Shown here: in pieces, positions 9,153 through 17,071 of the stretch | How the letters are laid out: each line of letters starts with the position of its first letter | Position numbering within the stretch: the first letter of the stretch is position 1 | Virus record (IMG/VR): IMGVR_UViG_3300025358_000002 | Span: 32,001-96,000 of that record | Source: a virus | Taxonomy: Duplodnaviria; Caudoviricetes | Reading direction: 5' to 3' (one strand) | Length of the DNA: 64,000 bases | Position numbers and translations under genes: made by a program | The notes under the pieces: model-generated | Told to the model about the DNA's origin: nothing | Databases searched by the model: none | Seen by the model: only the letters and a program-made list of their open reading frames with translations

Positions 9153-10946
9153 ATGCCCAATACCCCTATTACCAACTATTTCACGCCTGGTGTGTATGTA
9201 ACCCAGTCGGGTACTTCGCTGGCCTCAGTCAGCAATGCAAACATCAACATTGCTATTGTCGCTGACCAGCCTACGCCAGGTACAAGCACCGACACGTTCT
9301 ACGGTGTAGTCCCTGCGAGTGGCCTTAACATTGGTCAGCTCACTACACCAATGGTTAACACGACTTCTACTGGTACGTATTCTAACTACGCCGGTTACAC
9401 CGTGACCTGGGTGAACTCACTCGGTGTTACAGTTACCGGTACTTACGGTACCAACTTTACAGTCTCCACACCAAGCGGTAGCCCATTTAGCTACCTTACA
9501 ACCAGCGGTACTGCTGCCAACACAAACCTTGTAACTGTAACGGGTAACGGTACGCAGTGGGTGTTTAACACGACCACAACGAATAACATTGTTGCCGGTT
9601 CTCTCGTAACCATCACCGCTGTAACAGGTACTGTCGCTTTCGCTAGCGGTACGTACACCGTTGCAAGTGCTAACTCAAGCGCTTTCTACATCAACAACAC
9701 CACAAACGGCGGTATCGGTTCAACGACAATTACGGGTACTGCAACACAGAACGTTGTTCCTAGTGGCACCGTAGGCATTAGCTACGGCCACAACTGGGGT
9801 GCATACGGCAAGTTCCCTAACTTCAACGCACTTACCACTGCAATTGGTCCAGCAGTTAGCGGAACAACCATCGTAAACCCAGCAGTTCTTGCAGCACAAC
9901 TTGCTTTCCAAAACGGTGCAAGCAACGTAAGCATCATGCCGGTTGCCAGAATTTCTACAAGCAACACTGGTCCTGCACAGTTGAGCGACTGGACACGTAC
10001 TTTTACTGCTTCTAGCGGTATCAACAGTGACCCAACGTACTTGATGAGTTTGACCGGAGTAGACGTTATCGTTCCTCTTTACGGGTTTGTTAGCACAAGC
10101 GGCGCAACAAATGGTCAGATCATTCCTTACGGCGCAGGCACATTGGCAAGCGGCATCAACACTTACCTGAACAACCAGTTCTCATATGGTACAATGCAGC
10201 GTGCATTCATCGGTGTTGATGGCACTGCCAACCAGGTAACCTCCACAGCACTTGCATCACTTGCACAGTCTTTCTACAGCAAGCGAATCAGCTTGGTTTA
10301 CCCTGCTGTTGTTAACTACAACCCAGGATTCAACGCAGTTACTGGCTTGAGCACAACGAGCTTCAACATCCCTGGCTATTACATGGCTGCTGCTATTGCT
10401 GGTGTATTTGCCAACCAGCCCACCGTAGCTACGCCAATCACAAACAAGACCGTTGCAGGCTTCTCAAGCATCCCTAACCAGATCAGCGAGATCGACGCAT
10501 CAACTAACTACCTGCCGTATGGTATTACCACTGTACGACAGAAGCGCGACGGTAACTTCTGGATTCTCCAAGGTTTGACAACTGATACTACGTCATGGGT
10601 TAGCCAGGAAATCTCAATCAACGCTATTGGCGACTTGCTTACACGCAACGTAAGAACAGACCTTGTCAATAGCCAACTTGTTGGTGGTCCATTGACCAAC
10701 GTAACTTCAGCAGCCGTTCTCGGCACTGTACAGGCTACGTTGACCAATGCTCTTAGTGATGGTTTAATCCAGTCTTACCAAAACCTTAGCTTGTCGCTAA
10801 ACCCAGCAACACCAACAACCGTAAACGTCACATTCCAATACGCTCCGACGTATCCGATCAACTACATCCAAGTTAGCCTGAGCCTTAACACTCAGACTGG
10901 TACCGTAGTTGCTCAGAATGCTCAGAGCAACTTTGTAGTCTACTAG
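9153..10946 (+). CDS. Contractile tail sheath protein
   Basis: N-terminal YFTPGVYV; LAAQLAFQNGAS; AAAIAG..A...VATPITNK; C-terminal VNVTFQYAPTYPINYI; RBS GAAGGAG. Confidence 0.9.
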   Translation: MPNTPITNYFTPGVYVTQSGTSLASVSNANINIAIVADQPTPGTSTDTFYGVVPASGLNIGQLTTPMVNTTSTGTYSNYAGYTVTWVNSLGVTVTGTYGTNFTVSTPSGSPFSYLTTSGTAANTNLVTVTGNGTQWVFNTTTTNNIVAGSLVTITAVTGTVAFASGTYTVASANSSAFYINNTTNGGIGSTTITGTATQNVVPSGTVGISYGHNWGAYGKFPNFNALTTAIGPAVSGTTIVNPAVLAAQLAFQNGASNVSIMPVARISTSNTGPAQLSDWTRTFTASSGINSDPTYLMSLTGVDVIVPLYGFVSTSGATNGQIIPYGAGTLASGINTYLNNQFSYGTMQRAFIGVDGTANQVTSTALASLAQSFYSKRISLVYPAVVNYNPGFNAVTGLSTTSFNIPGYYMAAAIAGVFANQPTVATPITNKTVAGFSSIPNQISEIDASTNYLPYGITTVRQKRDGNFWILQGLTTDTTSWVSQEISINAIGDLLTRNVRTDLVNSQLVGGPLTNVTSAAVLGTVQATLTNALSDGLIQSYQNLSLSLNPATPTTVNVTFQYAPTYPINYIQVSLSLNTQTGTVVAQNAQSNFVVY

Positions 10947-10954
10947 GAGAATAT

Positions 10955-11428
10955 ATGGCAAAGTCCACATTCCGCGTAGGTGGAGGATACACCGCGTTCG
11001 TATACAACGGTCAGCCGTTGATTTACGCTCAGGTAATCAACGAGCGCGCTCCTTCACCCGTCGCATCACCAACACCGGTTCAGCCACTTGACTCGCCATA
11101 TCCTATCGAAATCGCGTTGCCCATTGCTCTTACCGCTGGATCAATTGAGCTTACGTTCCTAGAACAATGGAATGCAGAAGTCTGGGCACAGCTCGGCAGC
11201 AACTTCACCACAGCTTCTGACCTCCTTGACGTGTTCAAGGCCCAGCTGGCACAAGGTGAAGTGACATGCGTAAAGATCATCAATAAGCCAGACGGTACAC
11301 AACGCAAGATTGTTTACCAGGGGTGCGTCGTTACAAACGTCCAGATTGATGAAATGATATCTATTGGTGTAATGACAATTCCTAAGATTGTTACAATCTC
11401 GTATCGCTCAAGAAAAGAACTCTTCTAA
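10955..11428 (+). CDS. Tail tube protein
   Basis: 157 aa directly after the sheath; C-terminal YQGCVVT..QIDE pattern. Confidence 0.8.
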   Translation: MAKSTFRVGGGYTAFVYNGQPLIYAQVINERAPSPVASPTPVQPLDSPYPIEIALPIALTAGSIELTFLEQWNAEVWAQLGSNFTTASDLLDVFKAQLAQGEVTCVKIINKPDGTQRKIVYQGCVVTNVQIDEMISIGVMTIPKIVTISYRSRKELF

Positions 11429-11445
11429 GAAAGGTAACTTAAACA

Positions 11446-12447
11446 ATGTCTGCTCGTTCTTTTGTTATTCAACTCCAGCCAGGTCAAGGCCAGGCTCTCC
11501 TTCCTGATCACCGCAAGATGATCCCTGGTGTACAGTACGTCGTTGACGCTGACACCTTCAACCGGATCTCTCTTAGCGCACGTCAGAACGTAATCCAAGT
11601 TGTAACAGTCAACATGGATGCTACTAACACTGGTGCTACCAGCGTTAGCGGTACCTATGTTCCCGCCCAAGCTTCTTCAGGTATCAACCGTCAGGTGTTC
11701 GGTGCTGGTCAATCAGCGCTTAACATCCTTGGTACCGTAAGCCCTAACGCATCAACATTCAGCCTTGCTGGATTTGCTGCACAGGGTTGGAGCGCCGGTG
11801 GTGAGACTGGTTCCAACACTGGTATTAGCACTCCTCAGTCAACTTTGAGCGGTAATGCTGTCAATGTTGCTTTGACAAGCCCAGACGGTGCTCGCTACGT
11901 ACTCGGTTACAACGGCACCGCATCAACCATCTCTGGTGGTTGGGCTACCGTATGGTATGACTACAACAACCGCTACATCTCAACTGCTTCTGGTGTTTCT
12001 TTGCTCGTTAAGCAGGACAGCCTCGGCACGCCTTACGCTGTCAGCGTCAACACGACTTTGTCAGGTGTAAACGGTAACGTTGTTACTGTCGGCACAAAGC
12101 AGGGTGAGTTCGCAGGTATTGCTCTCACGAACATTCCTGCCGGTAACTTCGGTTTCATTCAGATCGAGGGTACCTGCCCAAGCGCAGTTGTGGCTTCCGG
12201 TACTGCTGTAGGTGCTACCGTAGCTGTTAGCGGCACAAGCAACAACGGTGTTCTTGCCGTTCCTGCAACCACCACTACATCTGTCAGCACTGCTGGTGTT
12301 GTAACTGGTTCAGCCCTTGCTAACAACACTGTTGGTACAGTTCTTACTGCTCCTGCATCAGGCACCAATGGTCAGTTCTACTCGGTCATTGAGATCCGCA
12401 GCCGCCGCTCCAAGAAGCCCTACAACCGCTTCCTGAACAAGAACTAA
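11446..12447 (+). CDS. Virion structural/decoration protein
   Basis: S/T/G/V-rich; FAGIALTNIPAGNFGFIQIEG resembles capsid cement/decoration folds; basic C-terminal tail. Confidence 0.5.
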   Translation: MSARSFVIQLQPGQGQALLPDHRKMIPGVQYVVDADTFNRISLSARQNVIQVVTVNMDATNTGATSVSGTYVPAQASSGINRQVFGAGQSALNILGTVSPNASTFSLAGFAAQGWSAGGETGSNTGISTPQSTLSGNAVNVALTSPDGARYVLGYNGTASTISGGWATVWYDYNNRYISTASGVSLLVKQDSLGTPYAVSVNTTLSGVNGNVVTVGTKQGEFAGIALTNIPAGNFGFIQIEGTCPSAVVASGTAVGATVAVSGTSNNGVLAVPATTTTSVSTAGVVTGSALANNTVGTVLTAPASGTNGQFYSVIEIRSRRSKKPYNRFLNKN

Positions 12448-12489
12448 CAAATAGTTGGTAGGCCGAAAGGCCCTAGACCCAAAGGTAAC

Positions 12490-13014
12490 ATGACAACAAA
12501 GAAGAACAACGGATGGGGGATTGAAGACCTCTCCCAGACCGGTGATGCAAACATTGATTCATTCCCAAACGAGTGGAAAGATGAGTTTGAAGGGTTGCTG
12601 TTTCTCGGCAAGCTTGAAACTGAAGTCACAAGTATTCCTTATCACAAATTTGTGGTAAGAACCCTTACAGTTAATGAAAAGCTAGAGGTTAGCCTACTAG
12701 CAAAGCCATTCATCGAAACGATCGGTTACGGTCGTGCTTACAGAGCCTCTGTAGTTGCAGCAGGCCTTGTAAGCGTGGATGGTAGAGACATGGTCCCATT
12801 GAGTAAGGGGATCAATGTCATTAGACAAAAGTATGAGTATATCGTTAACAACTGGTACGACACAGTTGTCGACATCTTGTATCAGGAAATCGACAAGCTC
12901 GAGACCAAGGTTATCCTTATCCTCCAAGAGTTGGGCATCATTGATGCCCTTATCCCCCTTGACGTCTTTGAAAAGACAGAAGAGGAAAAGGATACCCCAA
13001 AAGGTGGAGAGTAG
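12490..13014 (+). CDS. Tail assembly chaperone (G-like)
   Basis: Between tube and tape measure; RTLTVNE motif; slippery site at its 3' end. Confidence 0.75.
   Translation: MTTKKNNGWGIEDLSQTGDANIDSFPNEWKDEFEGLLFLGKLETEVTSIPYHKFVVRTLTVNEKLEVSLLAKPFIETIGYGRAYRASVVAAGLVSVDGRDMVPLSKGINVIRQKYEYIVNNWYDTVVDILYQEIDKLETKVILILQELGIIDALIPLDVFEKTEEEKDTPKGGE
12996..13002 (+). other. -1 programmed ribosomal frameshift slippery heptamer C CCA AAA
   Basis: The -1 frame is open from here (RWRVDPYIIEESELAYQQGVLNKPN) into the 13062..13418 ORF. Confidence 0.75.
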
Positions 13015-13061
13015 ATCCGTACATCATTGAGGAAAGCGAATTAGCTTATCAACAAGGTGTA

Positions 13062-13418
13062 TTGAACAAGCCCAACCTTAACATGGTTCAGCAAGCAATG
13101 CTTTCTGTCGTTAGAATCCGTAAGAACGAAGAAGAATACGATCTGGAAGTTGCTAAGTTTGAGCAGAATATGTTCATCAACAATCCTGAGCTTTACAAAA
13201 AGTACATGGAAAAGAAGGAACAAGACGCTATCAGTGGCAACACTGACATTCAGTGGCTTGCTCCTGAGAGTGTTGAAGAAGCTGCTGAGTTGGTAAACCT
13301 GTTTAGCGATATCGATAAACAGCTCAAAGAGATGGAAGACAACCCAGATTCACCGTCAGCAAGTTTCCTAGATTTGTTTGGCGGTATCAACGTGGACGAG
13401 ATTGGAGGTGATGAGTAA
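13062..13418 (+). CDS. Tail assembly chaperone, frameshift extension (GT-like)
   Basis: TTG start with no clear RBS; in the -1 frame of the upstream chaperone; stop overlaps the tape measure start. Confidence 0.7.
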   Translation: MNKPNLNMVQQAMLSVVRIRKNEEEYDLEVAKFEQNMFINNPELYKKYMEKKEQDAISGNTDIQWLAPESVEEAAELVNLFSDIDKQLKEMEDNPDSPSASFLDLFGGINVDEIGGDE

Positions 13419-15682
13419 TGCCAGATCCGATACAATTACAATTTGAATTCCCTGACGATGCTGGTCCGTTATCCGAACGATTTAATACCCTCGGCACAAT
13501 TTCTAGTCAGATGCGTGACGACTGGCAAACCATTTCCGATTCAATGCAGAGTACTCTTGATAAGGCCGTAGATATGCGGTCTAAGATTGTAGAGCCTCTT
13601 AACGAAATGCTTACTGGCATGAAGAGTGTCGTTGATCTTGTTTCTCAAGGCATTAAAGATAATGCTACAGGTGCCAAGGAAGTTCTGGCCACCATCAACA
13701 CTATCCTTCAGAGCTCAAACAGCATTAACGCTGTTATGAATAGAACAGGACAAAACGGTCCTGGAGCTGCCAGCCAAGGTTTCTCTAATCCTCTTGCCAA
13801 TCCTATGGCATGGGGAGCGTACGCCAACCAGATGCACAACTATAGCTCCGACCCTTTCTGGAGTGCAAGCAGTCGAGAGTCGCAGTTTGCTGACCCTAAC
13901 CACCCAGACTTCTTTGAAAGTAGGGCACGCATTGTTCCTACCGAAGAAGAGTTGGGTGGAACTGCTGCAGCTACCAGCAGGAAAAGATCAAGTGTTCCTG
14001 TAGAAGAACCATACGAAGAAGATCAAATCCCACATGCCAGTGGAAGATTGGCTGATGAAGCTCAATATGACACTGCAAGAGCTTCATACAGACCTCAATC
14101 CGCCATTCCTCTTAATATTTCTGAATTGTATCCTAATTTAGCTAATGCTGGTTATTTTGACAATCTAAATAACTACAACTATCAGCACGCTCCAAGCATG
14201 GCAATTTCTGGTTTAACGCAAACCATGCAAGACAGTGCAATCGGTCAGCTCCTTGGCATGATCCCAGGTGCGAACACTATCATTCCTGGTATGTCCAACA
14301 TTGCTCAATCTTATGCAAAATGGGCAAGTGCTGGGCAACAATATCAAGCACCTGCACCTGGTGAAGAAGTTGGCCCAGCACCGGCTGGCAATTTCTATAC
14401 ACAAGCTCAACAAGCATTGATGTCTAAGCTTGATTCACTGGTTGGTTCTTTAGACCGTTTTACTCAATCCAGCACTGCGGTAAATGCAGCAGGAATTATG
14501 AGCACAAGCATGGTTGCTTACAATCAGTTTAAAGTAGCAAACAATGCTATCCGCTCAGATATTTCTTACCCGATGCAAGCGTTGGGCGACATTACTGGTA
14601 CGGTAAGCCCCACACAGTTTGCTTCATACAAAGCTCAAGCACTTGGTTACAACATACCTGAAAAAGCTTTGTACAGTACTACTGACGCTTACACAGCAAT
14701 GCTGGCTGCCCAGCAGCTTGGTTACCGAGGGCCTGGTGAGGTCACTAATTACGAGAACTTAGACTATCAACTTCAGACAGGGTATGGTCTTAGTCACGGT
14801 GAAACCCAGCAGCTTATGAGTTCTGCGCTTGCCTATGGTCTTGACCTTAATCAATACACCACTGGTTACGAGCAAGCAAGAAAACTGGGCGCAAGCACCG
14901 ACACAAACATGGCTTATGTAAGCCAGAACTATCAGCTTGGTGCTGGTACAGCGGCAAGCCTTGGCTTCCGTGGTAGTGCTGCCACAGCGTTTGGTAATGC
15001 TGCCGTAGGATTTGGTGCTGGCAATTTTGTTGCTCAAGCTGCCGGTATGACCGGTCAGGAACTTATGGGTACTCCGCTGGGTATTGCTTTGTTCGCGCAA
15101 CAAGCTGGCACTTCATTCATGGACTCATACTCAGCAGCTCAGAACATGGGGGCAGCACAAGCAACCAAACTGCAGTCTCAGGCCATGATGCAGTTATTGC
15201 AACAGATTGGTATTCCGGTCAACACAATTAGCAAGCCTTCCGACCTTAACCCTTATGCAATTAAACTAAGTTTAATTCTCCCTCAGCTTGGTGTTACTGA
15301 TGTTACAACACCACAACAGGCAGTTGTTTGGGCGTACAGTATAATTGCACAGGCTAGAAACCTACCCAATACAACCTCTATGCTTAGTAGTTATACTCAA
15401 CCAACGACAGCATCGGGTACGGCCACGCAAGGTGTTCCATCAACATCAACATTCCTTAACAGCTTAACCACTGACACTAGTGCATTGGGAATAGCTGCAA
15501 TGAATAACGGATTGAACGTAGCCGGAACTTCATCGTCGACATCGGCCACCACATCTAATGGAGTCACCGTACAAGTGGCGTTGGCACCAGGATTACAGAA
15601 CATCCTTACTGCTGCAGTTCAAAGCGCAAACGCTAGCGTGACAAGCCCATCAGCAAGAGTTAATCAGACCACTACTTCATAA
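13418..15682 (+). CDS. Tape measure protein
   Basis: 754 aa, Ala/Gln/Gly-rich helical protein after the chaperones. Confidence 0.7.
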   Translation: MPDPIQLQFEFPDDAGPLSERFNTLGTISSQMRDDWQTISDSMQSTLDKAVDMRSKIVEPLNEMLTGMKSVVDLVSQGIKDNATGAKEVLATINTILQSSNSINAVMNRTGQNGPGAASQGFSNPLANPMAWGAYANQMHNYSSDPFWSASSRESQFADPNHPDFFESRARIVPTEEELGGTAAATSRKRSSVPVEEPYEEDQIPHASGRLADEAQYDTARASYRPQSAIPLNISELYPNLANAGYFDNLNNYNYQHAPSMAISGLTQTMQDSAIGQLLGMIPGANTIIPGMSNIAQSYAKWASAGQQYQAPAPGEEVGPAPAGNFYTQAQQALMSKLDSLVGSLDRFTQSSTAVNAAGIMSTSMVAYNQFKVANNAIRSDISYPMQALGDITGTVSPTQFASYKAQALGYNIPEKALYSTTDAYTAMLAAQQLGYRGPGEVTNYENLDYQLQTGYGLSHGETQQLMSSALAYGLDLNQYTTGYEQARKLGASTDTNMAYVSQNYQLGAGTAASLGFRGSAATAFGNAAVGFGAGNFVAQAAGMTGQELMGTPLGIALFAQQAGTSFMDSYSAAQNMGAAQATKLQSQAMMQLLQQIGIPVNTISKPSDLNPYAIKLSLILPQLGVTDVTTPQQAVVWAYSIIAQARNLPNTTSMLSSYTQPTTASGTATQGVPSTSTFLNSLTTDTSALGIAAMNNGLNVAGTSSSTSATTSNGVTVQVALAPGLQNILTAAVQSANASVTSPSARVNQTTTS

Positions 15683-16248
15683 TGACAATTATTAATCCGC
15701 CTAACATGCTTGTTGATGACAAGCCAAGTAATGCTACGGCAACGCTTGTTGACAACACTACCGGCATTACATACAGTTTCCCATACAACGTCAACTCAGT
15801 TAACTGGACCTACCAGATGAACACAACCAGCATGAGCACCATTGGTGGTCGTGTGACACAACTTCTTTCTGCTCGAGCCAACACGGTTGTAATCCAGGGA
15901 GAAGCTGGCAGTAGAGAAAAATTGCTCACACTCTACGGCAATTTTAAAACCATGCAAGACAACCAGAACATTTATAAAACAAGTGCGACGCTTAACATCC
16001 CACGACAGGGCGGCCAATCTTCTTTCTTCAACACCCATGTTTGGCTTGAGCAAATGCAAATTGGTTGGAGTGTTGACACTGTTGTTTACCCATACAGCAT
16101 GGCATTTGAGATCGACAACGATCTCAGTGGAAATTCAGCGTTATCAACAGCAATTGTAAACGATGCGTTGAACAGAATTACAAGTGGTATTGGATACAAT
16201 TCCAACTACCTTGGTTTCACTTCCCAAAGCGTAAACATTAGCTTATAG
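15682..16248 (+). CDS. Baseplate/tube initiator protein
   Basis: FPYNVNSVNWTY...TIGGRVTQLL pattern; follows the tape measure. Confidence 0.55.
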   Translation: MTIINPPNMLVDDKPSNATATLVDNTTGITYSFPYNVNSVNWTYQMNTTSMSTIGGRVTQLLSARANTVVIQGEAGSREKLLTLYGNFKTMQDNQNIYKTSATLNIPRQGGQSSFFNTHVWLEQMQIGWSVDTVVYPYSMAFEIDNDLSGNSALSTAIVNDALNRITSGIGYNSNYLGFTSQSVNISL

Positions 16249-16259
16249 ATAGGAGAATT

Positions 16260-16427
16260 ATGGCACAAGATTACACATACTCAAACTGCAAGATCTCCTC
16301 GCCTATCTTGCAGCCCGACAAGCAAACAGTTCAATTTAACGGTCTAGCTTGGAGCGTAAACGGGATGATTCATCAGGTTTCTAGTAACGATCAAAGTTGG
16401 CAAACATGGCTGGGAATGCAACAGTAA
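16260..16427 (+). CDS. Small hypothetical protein, 55 aa (not in ORF track)
   Basis: Strong RBS AGGAG at 16251; MAQDYTYSNCKISSPILQPDKQTVQFNGLAWSVNGMIHQVSSNDQSWQTWLGMQQ* fills the gap. Confidence 0.6.
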   Translation: MAQDYTYSNCKISSPILQPDKQTVQFNGLAWSVNGMIHQVSSNDQSWQTWLGMQQ

Positions 16428-17071
16428 CACTCTTTGATGGTAACAGATCCATCACGTTTGAAGTATGGCTTCAGAGTTTCTCTACTGCCACTACCAATGA
16501 ATTTGCTTCTACGCAAGTACGCTCAGGCGTTTGCTGGATGCCAATTCGTCGTGCAGAAATGTCCGTCTCATTCTCTATTGTGTGGCCACTTGTCAGTTTT
16601 AGAAAAAGCAAGGACTTGGGATTTGAAAATTTCGATCCTAAAGACGGATTTGGGAAGATGCAGTACTTCCAGGATGTTATCCGCAAGCATCAGTTAGCAC
16701 TTGTAAACGGCGGGACCAACACACCCATGGTTCTGAATTACTACAACAACAGTGATCCCGGCTCGCCCATCTACAACACGCTGATTAGCAAAGACCCTCT
16801 ACCTGCTTTGCAATACACAGGCTGGATTCAGAATGTAGAAAAGAACTATATTAGATTCCAGAGCGCTTATCAAACAAGTTACAACATGGTTGTTATAAAC
16901 AAGAACCAATCAAATCCAGCACTACCGTCATTCCAGAATTCAACATCTAACACTGTATTGTCCAGAACATATGCACCCACTGCTGCTACTCAGAACTTGT
17001 ACGGTAAGAATTGGATCAACGTGAATACAGTGGCAAGTGGCACTAGCTTAATTCAAGGACTTCCCAAATAA
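16406..17071 (+). CDS. Baseplate protein
   Basis: Synteny; ATG at 16406 (track starts at 16397). Confidence 0.5.
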   Translation: MAGNATVTLFDGNRSITFEVWLQSFSTATTNEFASTQVRSGVCWMPIRRAEMSVSFSIVWPLVSFRKSKDLGFENFDPKDGFGKMQYFQDVIRKHQLALVNGGTNTPMVLNYYNNSDPGSPIYNTLISKDPLPALQYTGWIQNVEKNYIRFQSAYQTSYNMVVINKNQSNPALPSFQNSTSNTVLSRTYAPTAATQNLYGKNWINVNTVASGTSLIQGLPK

